DNA from: Lingula anatina | Lineage: Eukaryota > Animalia > Brachiopoda | DNA length: 64,000 nucleotides | Assembly: GCA_051362555.1 (NCBI GenBank) | Contig: CM120643.1 | Span: 22,510,848 to 22,574,847, forward strand | Direction: 5' to 3' | Part shown: in pieces, positions 36,291-49,194 of the stretch | How the letters are laid out: each line of letters begins with the position of its first letter | Position numbering within the stretch: position 1 is the stretch's first letter | The notes under the pieces: generated by a model | Database searches by the model: none | What the model was told of the DNA's origin: nothing | What the model saw: only the letters and a program-made list of their open reading frames with translations | Translations under genes and position numbers: made by a program

Positions 36291-37415
36291 ATGACATCTA
36301 TTGAGACTTTTGCGGAAGCGTCGATAGCGCTTAACATCACGAGCAACGTCACCGAGGTTTTAAACTTTACAGACGGTTTCAATGCGACGACTGCACTTGT
36401 TCCAGAGGACTTAGACTTTCCGTCGCCGATGTTGCGACGTTTCTTAGACTTCATCACTATCATATTACTGCTATTAATGATCGTGTCATCGTTTGGGCAC
36501 ATCATTGTCATCACATGCATATATAAGGAAAAATCGCTACGTACGGCTTTCAACTGCTACGTTGTTGCCCTGTCTATAGCGGACTGCTTGATTTCACTTA
36601 TCGCGGCTCCGATCCATTTGGCCCAACAAATCAACAATGGGAAGGCAATCGAAAAGCACTGGTGTACCATTAAAGTGGCCGCGGCTACGGTCTCTATCGT
36701 GTATTCTCTGTTGTCTATGTGCGTGATTGCCTTGTTCAGACTTAACTGCGTGCTCCGACCTTTTAAGCAGATGACAATTACTTTTGTAGCAGCTACCATT
36801 GGCGTCCAAACCGTTCTGAGCATCGTTGTGCACGTGATAATGTTTGATTCAGCGTTTGTGGGGTTCCCGTGCGAAATGATGCATATGATGTACAGAGAGG
36901 ACACATTTCGACAATACAAGTCGTTCTACCTGCAGACCCTCCGCGATACGGCGCAGACCCACCGGTGGCTGGCTATTCCAGTCATTGCAGCGCTCAGCTT
37001 TCTGATCAGCATTGCAAGTTACATCATGATATTTTGCGCTTTGCGAGCACGGCAGCTCCACAGAGTGGAACCGCTCAGCGACCCAGGGAACCAGTCCGCC
37101 GAGGTAGGTACAGCTATGTCAACTCTGGCGACTACTTCTCAGGGTCAGGCAAGTCACCAAGTAGAAACGGGCCAGGTGCACAATTCCACTCAAAAAGTGG
37201 AGCTTTTGACTTTGAAAGCCGCACTGATTCTCACCGTTACTTTCTTTTCTTGCTACGCCCCCTCTTTTGCAGTGGGTTTTTTTAACGGTTCTGGCAAGGG
37301 TTATCTTTATCCGTTAGTCACGGCCCTGACATATTTCCACTGCACATTCAATCCGCTAATTTATATTTGGAACTCTAAGATGTTTAGGGCCGCTTTTCAT
37401 AAAGTGTTTTTTTAG
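36291..37415 (+). CDS. Intronless rhodopsin-class (class A) orphan GPCR
   Basis: First ATG at 36291 (374 aa). N-terminal NxS/T sites, seven hydrophobic segments, TM2 LSIAD, Cys at the top of TM3 (WCT), TM6 FFSCYAP, TM7 FNPLIY and helix 8 (MFRAAF). Confidence 0.88.
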   Translation: MTSIETFAEASIALNITSNVTEVLNFTDGFNATTALVPEDLDFPSPMLRRFLDFITIILLLLMIVSSFGHIIVITCIYKEKSLRTAFNCYVVALSIADCLISLIAAPIHLAQQINNGKAIEKHWCTIKVAAATVSIVYSLLSMCVIALFRLNCVLRPFKQMTITFVAATIGVQTVLSIVVHVIMFDSAFVGFPCEMMHMMYREDTFRQYKSFYLQTLRDTAQTHRWLAIPVIAALSFLISIASYIMIFCALRARQLHRVEPLSDPGNQSAEVGTAMSTLATTSQGQASHQVETGQVHNSTQKVELLTLKAALILTVTFFSCYAPSFAVGFFNGSGKGYLYPLVTALTYFHCTFNPLIYIWNSKMFRAAFHKVFF

Positions 37416-37981
37416 ATCAAAGAACAACTGTGGCAGAAAGAGGGGGGGCAGGGGGGTTCAAAACCGCTCTTTTGTCCAGGAAATGTCCACTCTGATTAAA
37501 ATATTGATATCAAGCTGGGTCAATTTAGGGGTTAAAAAACAACACAATTTTAGAAAAAGACCCCCCCTCGAAAGTGGTGGCTAATGGCCTGTTTGGCATT
37601 AAGCTTTGAAGACGCCTGCCCCAACACAAGTGTGACAGAATTGGAATTTAGTTGAGGAATTTTCGGGTTAAGGGATTTTTGAAAATTATTCGTTTTGCAC
37701 ATATTTGTCACATGTATTTAATGTTGTCTCACTATAAAAAGCGATTGTCATCTAAATCACTGAAGCGTATCAACAAAAGCATTCAGATAATTGATTCAAC
37801 GTTTATGCGCGATTAGATTTTAAGTAAAATACTAGTCAAGGTTAGTTGATATTTGTACGTTTCAAGTTGATTTTCATCTATTCAGAGAATTATCTTCCCG
37901 ATGTTTTCAAATGTTGAAGAGAAAACTATATGTTATTGTGTTCTGTTTCCTACCAAAAGGGATGAACATATATTGCTCTTA

Positions 37982-38107
37982 CCCTCTACCAGGACCACAG
38001 ATTGATTTTTCACTAGATATTAACAGATATGTCTCTGGTTAAATAGATGGCTAATCTCTGCCTCAGCAAATATGTCCACAATAATAACTGCGGCCCTGGT
38101 AGAGGGC
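37982..38107. mobile_element. MITE (related copy at ~59127-59253)
   Basis: TIR ccctctaccagga/gcc...ggccctggtagaggg. Confidence 0.55.
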
Positions 38108-41002
38108 ATATTGCTCTTAATATTATCTTTATTATTTATCCATGAATCCAATTGTATGTATTGTTTGTAAAATACACTGTTCATAGAGATGAGACAGATT
38201 TATTTTTAATTAACGTAGAATATTAGTATTATATGTTATTAAAATTATTTATATCGCTGTAACAGTTTCCCTTTGTACATATAAAACCTAAAATACTTTC
38301 AGTGGTCTTTTAAGTTATCGAAAACCACTTTATATCGATTAGAGAGAATAATTTGTAAATAGGCATAGCATACTTTCATGATTTCAAATAGTTATCGAAA
38401 ACCACTGTGCAACCCTGTCCCAAGCTGTGTACACCTTTATTTAGGGTCCTCTTTTACTGTTTTGATCTCCTGGTCGTGAAATCATTCGTTATTAAGCTAC
38501 TTCATGGTAGTAAGATCATAACCGTAAGAATGAAACCCGTACTTTCTAGGCAGGCAAATTTTCTTTCAAAGTTATCTTACTCAGCTGTATCTCTTTCTAG
38601 CTTACTTTTCAATTTCACGATGTACTTTTGGTTTGATTTCGTTTATATTTAGCGATATTAGGATTTGCATAATGTTTATTACGTGAGAGTCAATATTGCA
38701 TGTGGCATTAATACAGTGGCGGATTTAGTAGAGGGGGAGTCAGGGGAGTCCTGACCCCCCCCTCCCTCGGATTCTAAAAAATATAACCCTCTTGAAATTA
38801 GAATTTTGACAAGCTAAATCATAGTTCTAAACTGTACCAAAGGGCACTGTTTGCTCTCCAAAAAATTTGGGGGCCCTTGAGCAGGCCCCGAACCCCACAC
38901 CAAGGGGGCAATGGTCGGCTTCCGAGGCCTGTCGTTCCGGATCCCCCCCCCCCTTCAAATAATCCTGGATCCGCCCCTGAGATAACATAATTTTAATTTT
39001 GTAAGAAGCATTATTTTATCGTCTGCAAACATAGTTGTTGCATTTAACTTTTATGGTTCGATTCTGTGGTTAATGTATCTTTGAATGACTCTTATCAGTA
39101 TTTTAAAAAGAATTTAAAGACCTTTTTATTTTAAGAATATTTTGGTTAACTTTTATCGTTTACTTTTCAATACTTTAATGAAAGTTTTTGATTTATCTTT
39201 GTAGTTTTAGTTTTTATATGTAAATGTAAACAGCGCTCAGAGTATAGCACGGTTTTAAAGAAATGTATTGTTATTATTATTATTGTTATTGTTATTGTTA
39301 TTATTATTATTGTTATTTTTATTGTTATTATTAATAAGCCGTCCATCTCAGTTCTTGACAAAAACAATCTGACTGATTATTCTACTTTTCAGACTAGACC
39401 AAGCGAATAAACTTAATTAATTTTAAATCAGTTGCTGTTAATACAGCCACTATGACATCGATATATTAACGCTGAACTATACCAGTACACTGTCGGGTCC
39501 ATGCTTTTGAAGGGGGGGGGGGGGTAAGCGAAGATAAAAAATTATCTTACTTTGCTTGACAATTTTGCTATGATATATTTAAGGGACAGGGATGGGAAAT
39601 TTCCTTGATTTTGTCTCGTTTTGCTTCTTATGTTTTTGGAGGTAGACAGGGACAGGTTGGAGAATCATTTTAAAAAGCTAATGGGGAGGGCAAGTGAGCC
39701 ACGTATACAGTACCCCCCCCCCCCCCCCAGCCTGGAGCTGACAGTTCAAAGAAAATAATACGTGAACTGGTATCAGTCTTCTCATAGTTTTTCTTATAGT
39801 TTTCAAGTTTTAAGTGTTTGTAAGAATAAACAGGAATGAAGTTCGATGTACAAAACGATTGGATATTGTTGTTAAAGAATAAAAATCTATAAAAAGAACT
39901 TATTTTGTTGATGAATATTTACCCTTTGACGTCTTTTACCGTGCCAGTTCAGCGACGAGGAGCTCCCAATCCCCTAAAATGACGAATTCTGAATAGTAGT
40001 TTTTGCATGATACTCTGGTTTTTATTTATACACTTTGTGACATTGGGAACTAATCCCAAAAAGTGAAAAAAAAAGGGAAACTAAAAGAAAAATGAAAATG
40101 AATTTCATGTTGATATCAAGTTTAGGAGTGGTCTACCTCCCAGAAAAAAAGCAGCAGTGTTAGTTATACCGGTTTCATTTCCAAATGATTATTCATTGAA
40201 GACATATAGCGTGTTAATGATAAAAATTACATGCAATGTAATAGCGAGGGAATGGAATACAGAAAATAGGTTGCATGCAGAGTCTGTAAAACTAAAAACA
40301 TTGAAAGCTGAACTTAAGTTATCCTTCATTAAAACAAAGAAAATAACGCGCTTTTAGGTGTGTGTTAGATTTAATTATGGTAATTTAATTTTGAAATAAC
40401 CGCAAGCTGCGCTACGTTTGTTGCGCTTCATGCCCGCACTATGTTGACGTGATATCTGCCCAGAAATTTTAACCTCGGGTAATTCAACCGATAATGCGGA
40501 TAATGCAGCCGCTAATTTATTGTTTGATGTTGCAAATATCCCCAGATATAACTGCCTTAGAACGGAAAACATACTTGCCGCGTTCAGATCATATTGTACC
40601 CGAATTCTAAAGACAAAGCTATCATGTTGTCCACCTCCAACCCCCTAAACCTTGGGGAAATCATTCAGCGGACCACATACGTCAACAATCTGCCTGTTTT
40701 GTTTCACGTCAGCAGTCTTTTGTACATATTCCTAGATTACGTAACTCTGATTCAGACAACTTCTTCCCCGAGTGACATTCCTGGAGATTACATGTAGCAG
40801 CAGACAAAATCAATCATCCTCTCTGACGCTGCCTGTTTTGCTGTAACATGGTCGAAGAATGTTTAATTGCCCACTTTTGTAATATCCGACATTTTGACAC
40901 ACTTGGTCTTTGAATGGGCTTCAGAGAAAAATATCCTGTATGCCTAGAAAACTATATATTTTTCATTTACAGCCTCTTATACGTGGAGGTACAGGGAGAA
41001 AT

Positions 41003-42552
41003 AAAGCGGCACCCAAACGCTTTAGAAATTCCCATTTATTTATTTGAATTCTAATAATAAAATATTAAATTATTTTATAAAACGTGATACTTAAAGCTAT
41101 CCCTTATACTGCTCTTTCTTCATGCATATTCGTCTTTAGGTGGAGACCATACAATCATATGTATCTTTATAGGCCTACTCCCTTTCAAAAGTTCCCTCTA
41201 AGTTTTCTCCTTTCTCTTAAGTTCCGTTTATGACTCTTATTCAGTTGCGTGTTCTCCAAGTCTCACAATTTCCATAAGTCCATGGAGGAGGTGGTAAGAC
41301 GTAGTAGCCTTCCCTCTTGTGAATGCGTGTTCCGTTTCGGATATAGCACCAAAATTGTGTATATATGCTTTAAATGCTTGACTTTCATACGCATGTAGCA
41401 CATTGCTAATGATTTCCTGCATGTTCGATCCGATTTCCTCTGTGACTCAACCATCACCGTCAACATCGTGAGTGATAACCAAAACAACTTGTTTCATAAG
41501 TGTAGGCAATTAGCACAATCCGTGAAACACGCCTGTCGTATGTCAAAATTCATTTACAATAAAAAGCATCTGAAGATCTAGGACCCAAAATATAGATTCT
41601 ATCCTAGTGAAGATGCAGCCATGGCAATTATGCTTTATCCACGCCTTCCATGTGCATGTCATTTCCAGCAAGGCTTGTCAGTTATTTTTTTAATATGAGT
41701 TATTTTAATGTTAAGGGGTTAATTAAAAGTTGAGTTTAAGTTGGGTTTTAAAAGTTTTTTGTTTGTTTGTTAAAACTACGCGAAATGCAGACCGTTCTTC
41801 GCATCTCATCTCCTCTCCACAACGTCGCATGTCACATGTATTAAACATTAACACGCTAGGTTGTTATTATTGAAAACAATCAAGTTGAATAATCGTTTTT
41901 AGAGAACTAAAATGTCCCTTGTTCCAAATCATTTCAATGAATTGAAGCTGATACAAAAAGTAGTTTTTGCAATTTAATTTACTACTAATGTGAATAGAAT
42001 ATCATTATCAAAGCTGCCTATACGTTATTTGAATGTTTCAAAAGCCTCCCATATTGGGCGGGCAATAAGCGGCACCCAAACGCTTTAGAAATTCCCATTA
42101 ATTTTTTTATTATTTGAGTTCTTAATGTTAAAATTTTAAGATATTAAAAAAAAGTGCTCCTTCTTTTTTATGTTCGTCTTTAGATGTAGACCATACATCC
42201 GTATGGATCTTTTCTCCTTTTTAAAATGTTCCGTGTATGTTCTCTTCTTTCTGTTGGGTTCCTTTTAGGACTCTTATTCACTTGCGTGTTTCCCAAGTTT
42301 CAAAGATTCCAGTTACGTGTTCTGGTTCTGATATAACACAATTGTGTAAGCACGTGCTTCATGCACGGCTTCCGTGTGCATGTGGCACATTTCTAATGAT
42401 TTCCTGCATGTTCGATCCGATTTCTTCGTCATCATCGTCATTACCAAAACACAATTGTCATAACTGCAGACGAATGGACAATGTGTGAAACACGCCTGAT
42501 GTTTGCCACGATTCATCTGCAATAAAAACATCTGAAGATGCAGCCATGGCAA
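41003..42552. repeat. Diverged local tandem duplication (41003-41628 vs 42066-42552; further shared block 41823-41873 vs 43665-43715)
   Basis: Shared strings: aagcggcacccaaacgctttagaaattcccatt; ctaatgatttcctgcatgttcgatccgattt; gtgaaacacgcctg; gaagatgcagccatggcaat; cgtcgcatgtcaca..tattaaacattaacacgctaggttgttattattga. Confidence 0.8.
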
Positions 42553-43996
42553 TAGTTTTGGATTTTGGCTAATTATGTTGTGCAGGGACCTGTTTTACAA
42601 AATAGCTTGGACCCGAAAACAACTCGTAACTTTCAGATCAAAACTTTCGTTTGACCCAAGATGATACACTGTCTCAACGTGAGTAAATCAACATGATCTA
42701 TAAAGGAGTAACGGAGACATGCGCCGCTTTCGCTTTAGATTGGTCAGACCCGTGAGCAGTTTGTGCTCTTTAGCGGAAATAAAAATAGAATTATTAATCA
42801 AACGGTTTTAAATGGTTGTTTTAGCTCTTTGAAATGTCATGAAATTTCATTTGAGCAAACATATCGGGATATGGTTGAGGTATTGCGTTGACGCCCGATG
42901 TAATGCAAACATTTTTACTATTGTAATGAAACCTCTTTATAACGCGCACAAGGCAATCCATGGCTCGTTTCCATGGCTCGTTTCAGATTTAAGTAAAGCT
43001 CGCTCAAAGAAACCCCTAGCTCACATAATGACCATTTAAACGGTTTATTTGCTGGCGCTCGCTAACTAAATCATCTACGTTCAGTGTCCAACTTCTGAAC
43101 CATCCCCCGTGGCTCGCGTCTGTCTTCTTAGCTACCCCAAGCGGTCTCTCTCAATCTCCTCATCGGGTATTAAATCCGAAGGCAATTTCTCATCTAAGAT
43201 GTATCCAGTGCTGCACTATTTCGCGGTGCATATAATTCTTAATTACTCATATTGCACAAAAAATTTGCGTTATATAATTACATGTTAAGTCATGAAATGA
43301 GTCGAGTGCACGAGCAAGCATTGCCATCAAAATTAATTTACAAGTCTGGGGGTTATTTTTGTGAACTGAACACCAAGCGATATATGCCAGAACACCTCGA
43401 GCGTCTGCGAAACCACGGCAGTGTAAAATTTGACATACTTACCGAGAGAAGTTAGTTGAATAATGCGTATATCACCAATGTCACATAACATCTCCAGTCA
43501 TGTTTTACCCAATTAATCTAACTCAGACTGCAAAGCTTGTCATTTACGTTAATGTTAATTAAAACAAGGATTCAATTGAAAGTGTAATTTGAGTTGGGAT
43601 TAAAACGTTTTCTTAAACAGCGCTGAATGGGGCCCATTCTTGACATGTAATCTCTTCACCATACCGTCGCATGTCACATATATTAAACATTAACACGCTA
43701 GGTTGTTATTATTGATACGTTATTTAAATGCTTCAAATGCCTTCCATTTGAGGCACATGAATGTATTAAAAAAAACCCCAAGAAACGAGATATTGAGTGG
43801 GCAATAACAACGTGAGTGTACAATAGGTTCTGAAAGTATGTCACTAATCACGGTTGATGTTGTTGTCTGAATATATTACTAACTTCTTTACACAATACCA
43901 TTTCTCATTGTTATTTTTTCCGCGTAAAGCCATTTACTGAAATAATTACTACGTGCATTAGGCGTGGTTTTGTGTTCTTGGTAATCCTTCTTTATC

Positions 43997-44665
43997 CACC
44001 CTGAGCTTCAGAGATAACTTGACACTAACCTCTTCACTATAGCCTATCTTCATCGTGTCAAGTTACCTCTGACGAAAATTGTTTGACCTAGTTTATATAA
44101 GCCAATCGAATCCATGTTTCAAAATTTTTCACCAAAGTTTGGTGAAAACGCTGATTGGTTGACCGTCAATCGGCAATCCTCGGCTGATTCCGCAAGCTCC
44201 ATACTAACAACAAAGTTATTGTCGAGTGCGGAGACATCCGAGTAGTTCCGAGTGCATAACCGAACACAAAGAAAGCATGGCGTCTCCTACGAGTGACTAC
44301 GTAAAATAATGTGTTAAGTTATCTCTTGATTCTTTGCAAAATATGAGTATATCGGAATTGAAACCAGAGCAGTTTGAGGCCCTGCATCATTATCTACTGA
44401 GGGATGATGTATTTTGCGTGCTGCCCACAGGTTACGGCAAGTCCCTGATATTCAGCCTCTTCTTTGATTGGTCCGGATTTGAACAAAGTGCGCTTTGACT
44501 CGTTCGCGTTCATTGGCTAGATCGTTCAATGAGTCATTGAGTGCGGGCTTTAAATTTGATTGGCGGGCGGCGGAGGCTATCGAATGTGGTCAGAGGTAAC
44601 TTGACACGATGAAGATAGGCTATAGTGAAGAGGTTAGTGGCAAGTTATCTCTGAAGCTCAGGGTG
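43997..44665 (+). mobile_element. Non-autonomous DNA transposon with ~77-bp TIRs, 8-9-bp TSD and a RecQ-helicase remnant (AcademH-like)
   Basis: TIR caccctgagcttcagagataacttg(a)cactaacctc...ctctgac and its reverse complement at 44589-44665. TCTTTATC(C) occurs at 43989 and 44666. The internal frame 44277-44453 reads MASPTSDYVK*...LKPEQFEALHHYLLRDDVFCVLPTGYGKSLIF. Confidence 0.8.
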
Positions 44666-45583
44666 TCTTTATCCGACCCTGCAGAAAAATTGTGCAATTT
44701 GCATAGTGTCTGTTGTGCCCATACTCTGTCTTGGAAGATATAGTCTTTTACGCAATGAGCCCACTGTTTTATTGTGAATGAAAGTGCTTTGGTGAACTTT
44801 AATTTGTTTTCTGGTCAGGGTAACTCATGTAAGTCACTCTGACCTGACTAAGGAATTGGCCTGAGAAATGCAATGATTTACTGTTTTTTAGTCGGTATTA
44901 CTAACAAATTAGTCACTTCTGACAAATGCCAAGTACTGCGGTTGACATTTCATAGTCGGCTATCAGTAACCGTGTCACATTTTGCTTATTTCACATTGCT
45001 TTTATTTCCTGGAGTTGCTCCTTATGCGCGTGTATGTAGTGTCTGTATATATTCATAAGTTAAAATACAAAGCAAGGTAGAAGGTATTTGCTTACGTCGT
45101 TATAACTACGTATCCATTCTAATTGGGTGTGATTTTCCAAGGCAAAAAAAGAAAGCAAAATCGATAGCACAATTTCAGACGAAACGGTAGCTTAAATCGG
45201 GTGATGTGAAAACTGTTAAGAATTGAAGAAATAGCCTGAAGGTACATAAACCAGACATCAGCCGCGGTTTAGAATGTTGTTTATGTTTCCAAGAAAATGA
45301 CAAAAACCCAGACAAAAGAGAGAGAGAGAAAGTAACGTTTTACCCATATTAATCACAATAAACAAGAAGGTTTGCAATGCAACTATTTATCTTTAATATT
45401 CATAATCATATTTGTACTACAATGAATGCCAAAACTGCAACATCTGTTGCGGTTGTTTTTATACTGCCAAATCCAAAGTCCGGTCCGTCGTTTCCACTGA
45501 AGCCAACTCCATGTTGATCAAATTATATCAAATAACGTGATTGAATAATATCGGGGAAAAATCCTCCTATAAATCAGTCTGTC

Positions 45584-48500
45584 TTAAAATGGATTTTCTC
45601 GAATGAGAAATGGTCGAGTTAATCCAGCTCCGACCTGAAAAAATAAAGCGGTGTTTTAAAGTATCGTTATTAATTCATTATTATTATTACAATACTGTTT
45701 GCTGTTGAGAACGTGTGAAGAGAGTATCAGGAGTAAAATGGTTAATTTTCGTGAATGAAAATGGTCACATGGACACGCCTGCGAATGACATGCCCAGTAA
45801 ACATTTAAACTGAGTGTTAAACACGGCGCAGAGAGGAATTAAGAAAGAGCAAAAAAGCCTGGTAGGTGTGTGAAGACAGACAACCTTACAACGGTGTAAA
45901 TATTGAAAAGTGACAAAATACCGATACGTCCCCTCCACACAGACACAACTTCCTGTTATTCCCTCATACCCAACTTTTACGATAAAAATGTATATTGCTT
46001 GCTTTGGTAAAGACCCTCATCAAATCCCCTTTCCTTACACCACATACTTTGTATCGCGTAAGTTCTTTAAAGAAAACTTTAATATAAGAAATAAAGAAAA
46101 TACAGTTATTTAGAACTACGAGGAATGCACCTGAATGCACACATGATACTTCTATTACTAGTAAGAGAGGCATCTCTGATATACTGTAGCCTATGTACAC
46201 TGTACGAGGCAGTCCACACGACACGCAACTTTTGGTTTCATGCTGCGTTTATGCTTCTGCGAGACTGCGTCATATATTGTTGATAAGCATTTTTTGCAAA
46301 ATTGGCAAGAAAGATGATTCTGTGCACTGCAATTGCAAACATCATAAAAGTGACACTTGTTCAGTTTGTTTGTCTGTTTTTTCAAACTTACAGGAATTAG
46401 TCTATGGGCCAATGTAGACCCCCCTCCCCCCCCTTAGTGATTTTCGTTCACTATGTTTTTCTGATAGCTTAGGTCCTAAGCTTTGATTTTCCGCTTGTTT
46501 GCCATTAAACTGGTGGTGGGTGTGTGTGCTACAGCCGTTGCCATGGTAACGTCTGAGATAAAAAATTGAAATTTCTGAGACCAAAAAAATATTAAATTTT
46601 TCAAATGTGTTAAGTGAATGGAATTCAAAATCCTTTCAGATGTATAGTTTAAGAGCTGCACTATACTTTATGATCCTCAAAATATTCCAAGATGGCTGTA
46701 AATTCAAGATGGCGGCCAATTTTTGCTAATTTTTGAGTAATTTCAATTATTTTTCATATTTGAGTCTTTATTCAATAATAAAGGAATAAGAATGTGGGAT
46801 ATGTTTTGATGCGCCGGAATAGCATACAGTCTCTACTTGCTACCTGCAGTATTTATTTTAGATGAAACCTTTTAATTTTGCTGTAAAATCCTGAAATCCA
46901 AAATGGTGGCCAAAATATAAGTCTGCTGTCCCAACTGGAAAGATGCCAAATTTATCATCAAAGTGTCATTCTTTATTACTTTTAATAAACTGAATTCGAG
47001 CTTAGGACTTTTTAAAACAATTTGCATTAATTCTGATTACATTAAGACTTTCAAAATTCAAAATGGCCGCCAATATGCTTATACACACTGGCTAAAATTG
47101 ATATAATATATTCTTCCAACAGAATATTAATTTTAATTATCTCCCACCAACTTAGCCCCATTAGTGATTTTTGTTTACTATTATTTTCTGGTAGGTTAGG
47201 CCCTAAGCTTTTATTTTTTGCTTGTTTGCCATTAACCTGGTGGTGGGTGTGAGTAACAGAGCTGTTGCCATGGTTATGTCTGGGGTTGAAAATTGATATT
47301 TTTGAGACCAAAAATAAAAATTAAATATTCAAAATGCATTTAAAATCATGGAATAAATGGTTCACAGTGCTACATTTCAGTTGCATTATGGCAGATAATA
47401 CTTTTTTAAAAGATCTCTTTCGTATGGATAGATGGCTTTAACGGTGGAAGCATCTTCTTCACAACTCCGAACACGACTGTAAGGATTTTGCGTGAATCGT
47501 TTGTATAAAATATTGCATATCAATCCGTCTGGGTGAAAAAGGGGATATTGTCATATAATACGATTCCCAAACAAATTTTCCCTTTCGAACCATGCCACAG
47601 TATGAATTTATCAGTAGGTCAGTGCTATCTTGAATAAGTCAATGGGCTAATTCCCAATGAAACTATCATTCTACGTAGATCGATCCAACTCCGCAGAGAC
47701 TCTCGCTGAATGCAATCAGATTAACGTACCTCCTCCTGGCGCTCAGTAGAAAACAGAAAAGCTGTTGATTATACGAGTATGTTGGAAACAAGCCAAGGCG
47801 TGTCAATATATAAATCTGATTGCATTCAGCGAGAGTCCCCACGGAGTTAGATCGATCCACATAGAACGATAGTTTCATTGGGGATGGGGCCATTAAATGT
47901 CTCGTTTGTCTATAATGAAAATATCAAGTAATCACTATTAGTCATTTCTCATATAGTGAGATTAATTTCTCTGTTTTTGACACTCACATTCTGAGGCATG
48001 CTTGTGGCCGGCAATAAACCTGGCGCGGTAAGTGCAGTGTCGTCTGCTGGCTGAAAGAAAGTAAAAACAACACACTGTCAACACTTGTTTTACGATCCAT
48101 TGAACATTCAGACACATTTTGACACATTCCCACAGTCACAATGCTTTACGTATGTCGGAGAGCAGCCATAACTGCCATTATTAAAAAGCCAGCCGCTTAA
48201 CCTAAGCTTATAAAAGAATTGATGAAAGGGTGGTCATTGTTTCAGAAAAAAAAAGACATATATTTATATATATATGCGTACCGGTGTACTGGCTATGTAC
48301 GGTCCGTACGCATGCTCGTAGCAAGCCGCAAACATTCCGCCCCCATTTCGGGTAATCTTCACTTTCGGGCATTGGCTCGTCAACTCTTTATTGGGACAGG
48401 CGTTCCAGTCATTTTCTGCGCGTTCCTCGAGGCCTTGCAAACTCAGAAAGAGTAACCTGACAAGATATTAAAAATAATCATTTTTCCATGATAAACTAAG

Positions 48501-49149
48501 AGTGATGCAGCAAAAGATGTTAGTAATACTAAATAACATTGGTTGTATTATCAGCTGCAGTGACGCCATCATCTTGTATAAAGTTTAAAAAGAGATTCCA
48601 TTTCGTTATCGGTTTTATCTGGTCGTGTAACAGCGGGGGTTGGGTGGTTTAAATTTTCCTAGAAATGTCAACAATCTATGAATCTTTAATCACTATGTTT
48701 ACCATAAACATAACCGTATATTTTACCGTTGCATGTGTATTATTGAATTTTAATTTTAATAAAAAAAAAGGCTCCATGTCCATTGTGAGAGTGACTCCAA
48801 AATTCGAAATCGGATTTATGCATAAAGATTGTAAATTTCCTAACATACCGTAATGCCTTGATGCTGTGAACGGAAAACTGTTGAAATTTCTAATATAATA
48901 AAATTCATTCATATTTTCTCATCATTTTGCTTTTTAAACGACATACCCTGTGCTGACGTCCCAATACGCAGTGTAAGGATCGGTCTGGGTGGCGTTCTCG
49001 AACTCCTCCATGCTTGCCGCCATTACGATAGGGGTCTTGTCATAGGTCATAACGAATGACTCCGTATCGTTCGGAAAGCAAAGTCCCAGGCGTATTCTGT
49101 GGACGTTTCTGTGAGAAAATTAAATGAAAATAAAACGAACAGTTCATGT

Positions 49150-49194
<45 letters not shown>

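Noticed and set aside
36291-37415. GPCR as an opsin
   Set aside because: The position equivalent to rhodopsin K296 (six residues before the N of NPxxY) is Tyr, so there is no retinal-binding lysine.
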